DNA of 62,695 bases, filler included. It is 8 parts of 8 records of this genome, joined end to end, with 100 filler letters (N's around TTAATTAATTAA, not from the genome) between each part and the next. Parts side by side here need not be neighbours in the genome. Positions count along the whole stretch, not along the records: positions 1 to 12,746 come from SRR31147125_22720; 7 more parts are not named here. One strand, written 5' to 3'. Below, one piece after another: positions 1 to 11,900 of this stretch. Positions within the stretch are counted from its first letter, which is position 1. The number at the start of each line of letters is the position of its first letter. The notes under the pieces were generated by a model. It was given only the letters and a program-made list of their open reading frames with translations. It was not told where the DNA came from and did no database searches. The translations under genes were made by a program, and so were the position numbers.

Positions 1-2
1 AA

Positions 3-818
3 AAGCTTTTTGTAATTGGATTTATTTCTATTTCCGTTACAGCCTCGATTTATTTTGCCGCTGGAATGACCATTTCCAGTTGGCCGGTCAAGAGTTATCA
101 GGGTAATTTGAACAGTTGGGCACCGGCACTAGACATTGTGAAGGAAGAATTATCGGCAATGCACAGCGGCTTTTTGGATCAGTTAAAGTTTCGGATTTCT
201 GCAGCACTCAAGTTCCAAATACTCATGGTACTACTTTTTGGCTGGCGGACTTTTGGCCTGATGTTATGGGGAATGGCCCTCTATAAAGGTGGTGTTCTAA
301 CTGCAAAGCAGTCGAAAAAGTTTTATCTGAATATGACAATTCCGGGTTTTTTGGTGGGCTTTCCCATTGTTATTTATGGAGTGATTCGTAATTTTTCTGA
401 ACAATGGACACTGGATTTTTCAATGTACCTGGGTTTTCTGTTTAATTATTGGGGGAGTCTCTTTATTGCTATGGGTTATATTGGCCTGATAATGCTCTTA
501 ACTCTCAATTATAGTAGACTAAAGTTAGTCACCTATTTTGCCTTGGTAGGACGATCAGCATTATCAAATTATTTGTTACAAACACTCATTTGTACTACTC
601 TTTTTTATGGCCATGGTTTTGGTCTTTTTGGTCGAGTGGATAGAGTTGGACAAATAATTATTGTTTTTGCTGTATGGATATTTCAAGTCTATGTGACGAC
701 TTTGTGGTTTCGTCGATTTCAATTTGGACCTGTCGAGTGGATCTGGCGGTCTTTAACCTATGTGATGCTTCAACCATTAAAAATAAAAAATAGCCAAAGC
801 CATCCGCTTGTGCTATAA
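3..818 (+). CDS. DUF418 (YeiB-like) membrane protein, 5'-truncated
   Basis: Frame is open from position 3. Multiple TM segments and the C-terminal motifs 'VGRSALSNYLLQT' and 'WFRRFQFGPVEWIWRSLTY' typical of DUF418. Confidence 0.85.
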   Translation, partial: KLFVIGFISISVTASIYFAAGMTISSWPVKSYQGNLNSWAPALDIVKEELSAMHSGFLDQLKFRISAALKFQILMVLLFGWRTFGLMLWGMALYKGGVLTAKQSKKFYLNMTIPGFLVGFPIVIYGVIRNFSEQWTLDFSMYLGFLFNYWGSLFIAMGYIGLIMLLTLNYSRLKLVTYFALVGRSALSNYLLQTLICTTLFYGHGFGLFGRVDRVGQIIIVFAVWIFQVYVTTLWFRRFQFGPVEWIWRSLTYVMLQPLKIKNSQSHPLVL

Positions 819-1096
819 TATTATCGTTTTTGCTTGATATTTTTATTCTGTTTGTATATTATCCGGTAAAATCAGAATATAAGAGTTTAACACTGCTGAC
901 GAATTCAAAAAAAGGTGAATCAGGAATGGCATTGTCAAACGTGTGTATACCCATTGTTTTATTGTATTTCAATGAATTGCGCACTTTTCTTCTCGGAAAA
1001 ATTTGTGATAGATAAAGGCAAAATCCATCAGGATGTTTTTAAAGAATTGGTCGTGTCCTTAACTCCTGTTTATTTACGTTATGGAGGATTAATGTC

Positions 1097-2194
1097 ATGA
1101 GCAGGTCATCACGAGGAGATTTTTTAAGATCCATTTTTACGTTTATCACAGCGATTTTAATAGTACCCTTTTACAAATTGTTTGCCCGTAAAAAGGAAAA
1201 TCATTTATTTTTTATCGAAAAAGGTAAGAACCTGATGAAAGATGGTCAAAAGACAGTATCAGCCTTGCCTGATTTCGAGCCCCATTATTTGAGATTACAT
1301 AAACAGGGACAACTACAATATCGTGGCGACAAACTCTGGAGAAAAATGCAAAGCTGTAACCTTTGTCCCAGGGAGTGTGGTGTAAACAGACTGGAAGGGG
1401 AAAAGGGATTTTGTGGCGCTTCAGCACAACTGGAAATTGCCTCCTATCATCCTCATTTTGGCGAGGAAGATCCGCTTGTAGGAAAAGGGGGTTCCGGCAC
1501 CATTTTTCTGAGTAACTGTAGCCTGCGCTGCGTGTTTTGTATAAACTGGGAAATCAGTCAGGGAGGAGAAGGGCAGCCTGCAGATGTAAGCACCATGGCA
1601 AATATGATGCTGCGCTTACAGAAGATGGGCTGTGCTAATATAAATGTTGTCACACCTACACATTACTCACCGCATATTGTGATGGCTTTGGATATGGCAG
1701 CTAAAAAAGGATTGCGCATTCCTCTGGTCTACAACACCTGTGGATGGGAAAAAGTGGAGATACTGCAGTTACTTGATGGTGTTGTGGATATTTATTTACC
1801 TGATTTCAAATATTCCGATAGTAACATGGCTGCCACATACTCCTCTGACGCGGATACCTATGCGGAATTAACGAAAGAAGCCTTGCTGGAAATGCATCGT
1901 CAGGTAGGGGTGGCAAAACCTGGTGAGGATGGCCTGATGAATGAGGGATTGATGATCCGTCATTTGGTCATGCCAAATGGTGTGAGTGGATCCAGGGGCG
2001 TTATTCAATGGATTGCCGACAACCTTCCCAAAGATACCTATGTAAATATCATGTCCCAATACAGACCTATGTATAAAGCATTTGAATATCCCGAGATTTC
2101 CCGCCGGCTCACCAGAAAAGAATACAGTGATGTTGTTAAATGGGCCCAAAAAACAGGCTTGACCAATCTGGATATTCAGGCAGGACTATTTTAA
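1097..2194 (+). CDS. PflX-like radical SAM protein
   Basis: CxxxCxxC (CSLRCVFC), N-terminal CNLCPRECG..FCG, 'HFGEEDPLVG..GSGTIF', 'YLPDFKY', 'IRHLVMP', 'NIMSQYRP'. GGAGG RBS upstream. Confidence 0.88.
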   Translation: MSRSSRGDFLRSIFTFITAILIVPFYKLFARKKENHLFFIEKGKNLMKDGQKTVSALPDFEPHYLRLHKQGQLQYRGDKLWRKMQSCNLCPRECGVNRLEGEKGFCGASAQLEIASYHPHFGEEDPLVGKGGSGTIFLSNCSLRCVFCINWEISQGGEGQPADVSTMANMMLRLQKMGCANINVVTPTHYSPHIVMALDMAAKKGLRIPLVYNTCGWEKVEILQLLDGVVDIYLPDFKYSDSNMAATYSSDADTYAELTKEALLEMHRQVGVAKPGEDGLMNEGLMIRHLVMPNGVSGSRGVIQWIADNLPKDTYVNIMSQYRPMYKAFEYPEISRRLTRKEYSDVVKWAQKTGLTNLDIQAGLF

Positions 2195-2589
2195 TGTCAG
2201 ATGTTTACCCTGTAATCGGTCGTGTAAATTCGGCCATGTCATCTTGTTGCAGTATACATAGTTCCCCCACATGAGGATAATTTAGCTACCTTGTACAGAA
2301 ATAAAAAATATTCCGTGTTTGTTGGAGTAATAAAGCTGCTCCAAATCAATTCAACATGCTCCTCCTAAGATCAGGGTATCTTTTTTACAAAGACAAACAT
2401 TTGATCCCACCAAAAGTCCACATTTTCCTCTACTATCTTATCCGGAATATGAGCCTGCATAAACTTTCATTCAAAGAAGGATTTTAGAGAGTGTACTGCA
2501 CTTCTAAATATATTAAAAGAGTAAGATATATTATGGATTCCCCCTGTATTTCCACTTTACTGACCAATTAATAATTTAAAGGAGGAAAT

Positions 2590-3060
2590 ATGATTGAAAC
2601 AATAGAGTCATTAGAAACCATATTATCAGAACATCCATTTTTTAAAGATCTTGGTTCGGATTATCTTAGCTTACTCACAGGCTGTGCTTCTAATATTCGA
2701 TTCGATAAAGACAAATTTATTTTCCATGAGGGTGAAAACGCCAGGGAATTTTATCTTATCCGAAAAGGAAGAGTGTTACTGCAAATTTCTGATCATAGTG
2801 GTAATCCAATTACGATTCAATCGTTGCATGAAGGAGATATCCTGGGTTGGTCCTGGTTGTTCCCGCCATACAACTATCGGTTTGATGCCTTGGCTGATGA
2901 ACTAACTCTTGCCATTGCTCTGGATGGAAAATGTCTTCGGGACAAATGTGAGGAAAATCACGACCTCGGTTACGATTTAGTCAAACGGTTTACCCGTATT
3001 ATTGACCAGCGGCTTCAGGCTACCAGAATACAATTGCTGGATATCTATGGGAATCACTAG
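2590..3060 (+). CDS. Stand-alone cyclic nucleotide-binding domain protein (Crp/Fnr-type sensor domain, no HTH)
   Basis: 'IFHEGENAREFYLIRKGRV...GDILGWSWLFPPY' cNMP fold, 156 aa. AGGAGG RBS. Confidence 0.85.
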   Translation: MIETIESLETILSEHPFFKDLGSDYLSLLTGCASNIRFDKDKFIFHEGENAREFYLIRKGRVLLQISDHSGNPITIQSLHEGDILGWSWLFPPYNYRFDALADELTLAIALDGKCLRDKCEENHDLGYDLVKRFTRIIDQRLQATRIQLLDIYGNH

Positions 3061-3286
3061 GTTAAGTAAGAATGAAAATTCGATTCTCTGTAATTTTTTA
3101 ATGACATTGATTGCTATGGGATTTTTTCGTCTGTTTAGGCTGAAAGCAGTTTATCGATAGATTTTAGGCAGTTCACGAGATAAGCTATTAGTGATTTTAA
3201 AAAGGGATCTAAGAGTCGGTTAGTCTGAATATTCATGCAGGTTTGATTAATTTTTATTACTCATCACTCGGGACCATAATGCAACG

Positions 3287-3375
3287 GATAAACCCTGTCC
3301 GAATTGCGGTACCATTATAAAGAAAAAGAGTACGGTGGGGGAGCTTGTTATATCTGTCTGGCATGTCAGGTTTAA
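3287..3375 (+). pseudogene. Remnant of an Fpg/Nei DNA glycosylase C-terminal zinc finger
   Basis: Manual translation gives DKPCPNCGTIIKKK, then in a shifted frame EYGGGACYICLACQV-stop. No upstream gene body is present. Confidence 0.6.
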
Positions 3376-3499
3376 TTGGAAATTGAGTTAAAACTTTGCT
3401 GATAAATAATTGTGACACTCATAAGGATAATGATGCCCGATACTGCTTATTAATTATGTTGGTAAATATTATATATACAGATATTAAAAAGTTTATAGG

Positions 3500-4300
3500 G
3501 TGAGAAATATCCTTTACATTTTTATCTCATTGATTTTTACCGTATTCATTCAATCCTGCTCTCTTTCAAGGAAATTATTGTATTATCCGGTCAAAATTTC
3601 CCATGAAAGACGTGAATACATCCGGGATAATTTTAAAAATGTTTTTGAAGTGACCATTAATACAAAAGATAAAACCGAATTGCACGGTTGGATAATAAAA
3701 AAGGACTTTCAGAGTTATCCCACTATTGTATATTTTGGTGGTAATGCAGAAGAGGTCTCATTTAATATAGAGGATTTTTCAAAGATTGAGATGAATTTTA
3801 TTCTTATTAATTATCGTGGTTATGGGCTGAGTAAAGGAACGCCAACACAACATAACCTGTTTAATGATTCAGATGAGATTTATAACTTTTTGGTTAGTAA
3901 ATATTTGATAAAACCTGATAGAATATATGTTGCGGGTAGAAGTCTTGGTTCCGGAATAGCCGTCTATTTATCTGTGAATAAAAATGTGAAAAAAACCATC
4001 TTGATCACTCCCTTCGATAGTATTGAAAAGGTAGCTTATAATTATTTCCCTAAAATTTTGGTCAAAATAATGTTAAAAGATAAATATAAAATAATAGATA
4101 TTTGTGAAAAGTTGGCAAATGATGTGCTATTAATAGTAGCTGAGAAGGATGATGTAATTCCTCCAAAACACGCTGAAAACTTGTATGAAAAAATAAATTG
4201 TTCCAGGCAAATTCAATATATCAAAAATGCAAATCATAATAATATAACCTTTTTTCCAAAATATTGGGAGTCAATAAAAGAATTTATAGCGCAGGAATAA
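3500..4300 (+). CDS. Alpha/beta hydrolase (ABHD13/BEM46-like), possible lipoprotein
   Basis: 'YFGGNAE', 'NYRGYGLS', nucleophile motif GRSLG, C-terminal Asp (DDVIP) and His (ANHNN). N-terminal hydrophobic segment ending IQSC. Confidence 0.85.
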   Translation: MRNILYIFISLIFTVFIQSCSLSRKLLYYPVKISHERREYIRDNFKNVFEVTINTKDKTELHGWIIKKDFQSYPTIVYFGGNAEEVSFNIEDFSKIEMNFILINYRGYGLSKGTPTQHNLFNDSDEIYNFLVSKYLIKPDRIYVAGRSLGSGIAVYLSVNKNVKKTILITPFDSIEKVAYNYFPKILVKIMLKDKYKIIDICEKLANDVLLIVAEKDDVIPPKHAENLYEKINCSRQIQYIKNANHNNITFFPKYWESIKEFIAQE

Positions 4301-5050
4301 TATTTAAGATATATCAGAATAATAAAAGTAACTTAAATCTTTGTGACAAGTGAGACCTTAATAAATCATTTTACCCAGGCTGGTAGTAAATAACTATGTG
4401 TATTTATCAGTGAAAGTTTGTTTTTAATATCTAACATTCTATTATCAAAAGTGCCATTTTACTTTTGTTTGTTTCCGTTTTTCATTTTTTAACCTATAGT
4501 TTTATCAGGTTACCTTGATATTGATAATAAATATTATTATTATTAAAGATAGTTTATGTTAAGACAAGATACGCGTGGCAGTTAGAATGAAAATAAATCC
4601 GGCATTTTTATTAATTTTATAACAGTCGATCATTCGGTTCTTATATAGTCGATCAAATAAAAGAATTTATCGCTTATAACAGTTCAAAGACATCCTGCCC
4701 ATGAATTTTGTTTCCTTTGAAAATTAAAATTTTTGATTAATATATTTGCAAAGGCACATTGCTTTATGCCCCGGAAAAGTAATATTATGCTACCTGGATA
4801 CCAAAACAGAGAAGATAAGCAATGGACAAAACGTGTACTATTTTACTAGTTTTTCAACACAATCCCGGGAAAATCTCTGAATCCCATTCGGACAGAAATA
4901 TCAGATAAACCATTTGAAAATGGATGGCTCCGCCTTATAAATCAATAAATAAATATTGAATCAGTGGTGAGTCTACAACAATTTCGTATAATAAATACCA
5001 TATTATTCGTTTAAAAGTAAATTTTATAAAGGATATAACTAGGGAAAAAA

Positions 5051-7269
5051 GTGGTGAAATATATACAAGTGATAAGGAGTACTAAAATGCGAATCAAATG
5101 GAACCGGAAATGTATGACGTTATTTTTACTATTTTATTTTTGTCTGATTGTAAACAATTCCTATGCTCAAAATGGAGCTATACAGGGCAAAATTACGGAC
5201 AAGGTAACGGGAAAGGGATTAGCTCAGGTTAATGTATCTGTAAAAGGGACCAATATCGGTTCTGCTTCTAGGCAAGATGGCCGTTTTGTCATAAAAAATA
5301 TACCATCTGGTGAGTATACTCTTCTCTGCTCTGCAGTGGGGTATGAAACAGTACAAATTCCTTCATTGGAGATCGATTCTGCTGAACCGATAACCCTTAA
5401 GATTGAGCTGGAACCAACAGTAATCGAAATGGAAAATATTGTTGTGACAGCCTCGCGCAGGATTACCTTGTTAAAGGACACGCCGGACATGACTTTGGTC
5501 ACTCCGGCTAGTGAGATCAGGGCAATTGGTGCCCAGACTGTGAGTGATGTGCTTGAATACATGCCAGGTGTCAGTACCGAAGGCGGTACAGGCAGCGGCC
5601 AACCTTTCAAACGGACTGTGTCCATAAACGGCATGCCAGCAGTTTATAGCATTGTTTTGGTGGATGGCGCGCGATTATTGAGCTCTCATTTTCATACTGG
5701 TGCAAATGTCAACATGATTCCGCCGGAAAACATCGAACGAATTGAAGTGGTCAAAGGTGCGGCATCAGCGCAGTATGGCACAGATGGTCTGGGTGGTGTG
5801 GTGAACATCATTACCCGCCAGGGAAGCGATTCTCCCTCGATCAACTTTAGTTCCTATGGCGGCAGCCGGAATACGTTCCATACCGGGCTTTCGGTGAGCG
5901 GTCCCATAAGTTCAAGAGTGCATCATAGTTTGTTCAGTAGCTGGGAGCAATCGGATGGTCTTCCTGTGCTTAAACCTGTGTTTCGCAAGGATAAACTGGA
6001 TTACTCTCTGTTTTGTTTGATGGATCGAATTGACGCTGATATTAGTGATGCTGTAAAGGCAACAGCTTCCATTCATTATGTCTCCACTGAAACACCCTAT
6101 AAAAGCGATCCTGATGCCTCCCGATTGTTTACTCCCAAATTTGCTTTGAATTATAGTGTGTCACCAGATATTAGTGTTCGTACTTCTGGCTATTATTCGC
6201 AATGGAAAAGCGAGAAAAATAACGAGCGAAATGAAATTGCTTCTCCTGAGGTCATTCTGGAATACAAGGGATTAGCGAACCACTTTTTCAGTTCGGAACA
6301 GAATATAACTATCGAAAATTTACCCGCAAGCGAGTTGCAAAACACGATCAGGGGCAATTGGGTCTTTTTGTTCAGGATGAATTTAGTATCAACCCGAAAT
6401 TAACTGTTTTGGGTGCTCTTCGTCTCGACAAAGTTGATCATATTGATCCGGTGGTGAGTCCAAAGGTCTCGGTTCTGTATAAAGCTATGAATCCGTTGAG
6501 TCTGCGCCTCTCCGCAGGACGGGGTTTTAAAGCACCAACTGTACAGGATTTATATGAAACCCTTTATAGTCACCCGGGTGATATTCACTTTCGGGCCGGT
6601 AATCCCGATCTGGAACCGGAATATTCCACCAGTGTGAGCGGCGGGCTGGATTGGCAGCCGCTTGAAAATTTGAATGTGATCGTTTATGGCTACTATAGCA
6701 AAATTGACAATATGATTACGCCTGTTGATCATGGCCTGGAAGATCCCACATTGTATTTTCCCATAGAGCAAATCAGTTTCATAACAGACAGTTTGGTTTA
6801 CATTTACAGACGTGAAAACATCCACAAAGCAACTGTTCAGGGTGCGGAAATCAGGATGATATGGAACATGACCCGCAATTATAGTCTTGAAAGTGGCTTT
6901 GCCGTCACACACAATAAAAACAGTGATACGGGAGAGTCACTTCCTTATTTTCCGGGCAAGAGTTTTAGTGTTAAACTGCGAGCTCTGCAGCCTCTTTGCG
7001 AAAATATAGCTGTCAAAGGATTCATCGGCTTAAATGCGACCATGGGACGTAAAATATGGCGATTTAAACGAAACGCGGAGCACCAACTTGACCTTGACGA
7101 TTATCAAAAGCTGGATCTGGGTGTGAGTCTTTTAGTTGCGAAATCGTATGAGATTTTTTTCAATGTGGATAACGTCCTGAAACAGGAATTGCACATGTAC
7201 GAAGACACCGAGTTACTGACAGAAGGAGTGGCACTGTTTCGGGCAGGATTACGCATTCATAATTTTTAA
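5051..7269 (+). CDS. TonB-dependent receptor (CarboxypepD_reg-like + plug + barrel), split by a 1-nt frameshift near 6284-6288
   Basis: ORF 5051-6403 has the plug motif 'IERIEVVKGAASAQYGTDGLGGVVNIIT'. ORF 6358-7269 has 'GFKAPTVQDLY', 'GNPDLEPEYS' and a terminal F. One extra T in the T5 run fuses them (NHFFQFGTEYNYRKF...QLGLFVQDE). True start may be downstream of 5051. Confidence 0.88.
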
Positions 7270-7302
7270 TATCTAACAAATTTTAACTGAATAATAATTA
7301 TC

Positions 7303-7344
7303 AGGCTCGTATTCTTTTCGAAAGAAAATTTTACGGGCCTTTTT
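7303..7344 (+). terminator. Rho-independent terminator after the TonB receptor
   Basis: AGGCTCGTA...TACGGGCCT stem with inner TTCTTT/AAAGAA pairing, followed by a T tract. Confidence 0.65.
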
Positions 7345-7576
7345 GTTTGTATTTTAATAAAAAATTAGGATATTAAGGTTATCCTGAGAAATGACATCAA
7401 ATTAGAATGCTCTGATTGCTACATGTTTTCAGATTTAAGTATAATTTCAAGAAAATCTATTAATGGAAAACAGTGCTGGTGAAAAAGAGTTTATGCCTGG
7501 CCCTTTTTATTAGAGGTTCATTAATAAGAATCTATCATCGTCAATTTTAAATAGACTGTATATTGGAAAAGGAGTA

Positions 7577-8869
7577 GTGCAGATGAATGGATACAAGAGA
7601 AGAGATTTTTTAAAAAAATCAATGGCTCTTGCAGGTTCTTTTGCTATACCGACCATAATTCCCGGGAGTGCCGTTGGGAAAAATGGCCGGGTGCCTGCGA
7701 GCGACCGTATTGTATTAGGATTTATCGGCCAGGGCGGGCAGGGCACAAACCAATTGATCGGCACACGCTGGGCACCCAAGGGTGGTTTCATGGGACGGGA
7801 TGATACACATGTTGTTGCCATATGTGATGTAAATGCGAAACGTCTGCAAGCTGCCAAAAAGCGGGTCAATGATTATTATGGCAATCAGGATTGCAGGACC
7901 TATCATAAATTTGAGGATTTGCTCACCTGTAAGGATATAGACGCTGTGGTCATTGCCACAGGCGACCGCTGGCATGCACCATTATCCATCGCAGCAGCAA
8001 AAGCAGGCAAAGATCTTTATTGCGAAAAACCGAGTACATTAACCATTGCTGAAGCCCGTATCCTCGCAGACACCATGTCACGTTATGGCCGGATTATGCA
8101 AGCAGGTACGCAGCAACGATCCTGGCATGAGTTCCGCTTTGTCTGTGAATTGGTGCGCAACGGGTATATCGGAACCGTAAAAAAAGTCACCGTGAATGTG
8201 GGGGGACCTCCTGCGTTATATTGTGATGCGCCTGCTGAGCCTGTACCTGATTGGCTGGACTGGGATCGCTGGCTCGGCCCATGTCCGTGGCGGCCCTATA
8301 CGTCCAAAATTGCGCCAGGAGGGTGGATGGGTTATCGTGATTATTCAGGTGGTGAAATGACCAATTGGGGTGCCCATATGTTTGATATTGCCCAATGGGG
8401 ATTGGGAATGGATGAAAGCGGTCCGGTTGAGATTATCCCGCCGGATGGAAAAGAGTTTCCGGTTCTCACCTATCGATATGCTAATGGTACAATTTTGGTT
8501 CGCGATAAAATCAGTAAGGATGAACCCGGTGTTCGGTTTGAAGGTACAGAGGGCATGGTCGAGGTCAGTCGCACCCATTTTATAACAAAGCCGGGACACC
8601 TGAAAAGGCAAAAACTCGGGCAGAATGAGATTCATCTCCATAAGAGCTTTAATCATCAGGGTGATTTCCTGGATGCCGTACGTACTCGCCGCAGACCAGC
8701 CAGTGATGCGGATGTTGCACGTCGATCCATCACCGTATGTCACTTGGGAAATATTGCTTATTGGACAAAACGACATCTGACATGGAATCCGGATACAGAA
8801 CGATTTGTGAATGATCCAACAGCTAATCGTTTGTTGGAGAGGGAACAACGAGCCCCATGGAGAATATGA
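7577..8869 (+). CDS. Gfo/Idh/MocA family NAD(P)-dependent oxidoreductase with Tat signal
   Basis: KRRDFLK twin-arginine leader, GFIGQGGQG Rossmann motif, 'DAVVIATGDRWH', 'YCEKP', 'WGAHMFD'. Confidence 0.92.
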   Translation: MQMNGYKRRDFLKKSMALAGSFAIPTIIPGSAVGKNGRVPASDRIVLGFIGQGGQGTNQLIGTRWAPKGGFMGRDDTHVVAICDVNAKRLQAAKKRVNDYYGNQDCRTYHKFEDLLTCKDIDAVVIATGDRWHAPLSIAAAKAGKDLYCEKPSTLTIAEARILADTMSRYGRIMQAGTQQRSWHEFRFVCELVRNGYIGTVKKVTVNVGGPPALYCDAPAEPVPDWLDWDRWLGPCPWRPYTSKIAPGGWMGYRDYSGGEMTNWGAHMFDIAQWGLGMDESGPVEIIPPDGKEFPVLTYRYANGTILVRDKISKDEPGVRFEGTEGMVEVSRTHFITKPGHLKRQKLGQNEIHLHKSFNHQGDFLDAVRTRRRPASDADVARRSITVCHLGNIAYWTKRHLTWNPDTERFVNDPTANRLLEREQRAPWRI

Positions 8870-8964
8870 GAGGTATAATAATATAGTGATATGAATAAAC
8901 AGCTCGTTGTGAAATCTACGAGCGTAGAATTCGACATGCAAAAAAGTAAGAAAGGGTAATTCAC

Positions 8965-11900
8965 ATGAATAAAAAGAGCTGTCGGTTGGTATTCCCTTTT
9001 ATAATGACACTATTTTTTGTTTCATCACTTTTCTCTGCACCCATCATTCCGGCAGATAAACTGGCGACATTAAAATCATATGATTTCGGAAAAGATAAAT
9101 CCGTTTTAATAGAGATAGAAGAACTGGTTTTTAAGAACTCTACGAATCTGCAAGCAAAAAGTAAAATGGCGAGCGAATTAGTCGGGCTGCTAACCGGCGA
9201 TTCCTCTTATGGCTGCAAGCAATTTGTTTGCCGTCAATTAGCACTTGTTGCTACTGAAAATGAGGTCCCGATTCTTTCTTCTTTTTTAACAGACTCTGTT
9301 TTGTCTGATATGGCCAGATATGCACTGGTTCAGATTGACCATGAATCAGTTGACAAGGCATTGCTTAAGAAGCTGTCGAAAACATCAGGCCTTGTGCAGA
9401 TTGGAATAATTAATTCATTAGGCGATCGTCACTATGAAAAGGCGATAAAAAATATCGGGAAATTGCTGTTTAGTCAGGATTCGGAGGTGGTAAATGCCTC
9501 TGCTCTGGCTTTGGGTAAAATAGGTGGGAAAAAATCCGCAAAACTGTTGAAAAATGCATTCGAAAAGGTGTCACTTGATAACAAGAAAGGTGTTTCCGAC
9601 GCGTATTTAAGGTGTGCCGATCAGTTTGTCGGGAATAATAAAAGAAAAGAAGCGACTCAGATATACCTGTTTATTTATGAGAACGCTTCCACGCCTCAAT
9701 TAAAGGCAGCCGCCTTGAAAGGTCTTTTAACGGTACAACATCCCCAGGCTTATCAATTTGTTATTTCATCAATCCGCGATGGTCAACCGCAGCTACAACC
9801 GATTGCGGCATCTTTGACCACCCAATTTCCCGGGAAAGAAAAAACAAAGGATTTAATACAATTATTGTCCAATACAAGTCCTGACATTCGGATGATACTC
9901 GTTAACGCATTGGGTGAACGAGGGGACAAATCTGCTTTACCCGCAATTGAACGTTGTACAAACGATGAAAATCTTTATGTGCGAATTGCCGCTCTGGATG
10001 CCCTGGTACAGCTCGGTGATGCTTCACAAGTGAGCCTGCTGGCCCAAATTGCCGCAAATACAACAGGTTTTGAAAAAAAAGCAGCACAACAGGGTCTTTA
10101 TGCACTCAAAGGCGATGCTGTCGATCAAACAATTTTATCTTTGCTGAAAAAGTCAGAGCCCAAAGTACAGGCAGAATTGATTTATTGTCTGGTTGAACGT
10201 CAGATACCTGATGTTATGGAAACGCTGGTTCAGGTCGTCAGCAGTTCTGATGCCAGTGTGCGAAAGGCGGCTTTAACTGCTATGGGTGAGCTTGCGGATG
10301 AAAAAGATCTGTCCGGAATGATCGAGTTGTTGCTCGAGACACCAGAGAATGAGCGGGGAGCCCTGGAGACGGCGATCGCCAAAATTGCAAAAAAGTCTGG
10401 CGCTGAGAGTGAATGTGCCAGCCAGTTAATCAACGTGTACAGTAAAAAAGAAAATGTGGAAAATAAAGCATCCATTATTCGAATTTTTGGTCGTTTGGGA
10501 CACAATAGTACTTTAACTCTCATGCGGGAAGCGCTCGCGAATGGAGAGGATGCTCTAAAAGAAAATGTTATCACCAGTTTGAGTATGTGGCCAACAGCAG
10601 ATCCGCTGCAGGACCTTTACGATGTAGCAGAACACTCTGAGAACAAAACCCATGCTGTCCTGGCGCTTAGAGGTGTTATCGATTTGATTGGGCTGGATAA
10701 AAGCTTGTCACCTGATCAGCAACTGGACATGTATAAAAAGACCATGAAACTGGCAGATCAGGTTGCTGAAAAACGACGTGTTTTTTCCAGGCTATCCAAC
10801 ATAAAGACATTTCCTGCAATGAATTATGCAGCTCGCTATTTGGAAAATCCTGATTTAAAAGAAGAATCCTGTCTGGCAGTCGTCCGTATCGCCATGGATG
10901 TTTTTTCGCAAAATCCAGGCATTGTTAAACCGATCATTGAGAAAATTGACAAAAACACCGGCAATGACTTGTTGCATGACCAGATCTCACATCTTTTCAG
11001 ATCGATAAAGCATCATGAGAATGAAATGAGTTCTCAACGAATAGCAAAAGTCAAAGAGGTCGCCTTGTTTGATGGCAGGTCATTAGACGGCTGGGAAGGC
11101 AATCTGGATTACTTTCGCATTGTAGATGGTTCGATCGTGGGAGGATGGCTGGATCGATCCGTGCCTCAAAATGAGTTCCTTTGTACGAAAAAGAGCTATC
11201 ACAATTTTGAACTGCGACTAAAGTTCAAATTGATCGGCTCAAAAGAAAAAGCGAATGCCGGTATTCAGATTCGGTCAACACGTATCCCGAATCATAATGA
11301 AGTCATTGGCTATCAGGCTGACATTGGCCATAACTATTGGGGCTGCCTCTATGATGAATCCCGACGCAACAAGGTACTGGCTCCTGAAGTGAAGGCCGAA
11401 TCAGTACTTATTAACGAAAATGACTGGAATGAATATGTCATTCGATGCGTGGACAACCGGATCCAACTATGGCTGAACGGTTATGAAACAGTAGATTATG
11501 AAGAAACGGATGAGTCGATTGAACAGACAGGTATTATTGGTCTCCAGATTCATGCTGGTCCTGCATCTGAAATTTGGTACAAGGATATCACCATTAAAGA
11601 ATTAAAAGAGGATGTGCCCTTTAAAGTACATGTCGTTAATGAGGATTCCCGTTTTGAAGCAGCAACTTTTATTGATATGAACAAAAATAACAAGCTTGAT
11701 ATCTTTTGCGGTGGATTCTGGTATGAAGCACCGGAATGGAAAAAACATATCGTACGCCAGGTTCCTGAACAGGATGGTTATTATCTTGATTTTAGCGCCA
11801 TACCGCTGGATGTGGATAAGGATGGTTGGGCCGATATCGTGAATGGGAGTTGGCATGGTAAGGATCTTTTCTGGATTCGAAATACCATTCAATCAGGGAA

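Noticed and set aside
4301-5050. Cobalamin riboswitch or Fur box upstream of the TonB receptor
   Set aside because: No B12-box (GCCACTG/GGGAAG) arrangement is visible. The Fur-like GATAATAAATATTATTATT near 4524 is over 500 nt upstream in very AT-rich DNA, so it may be chance.
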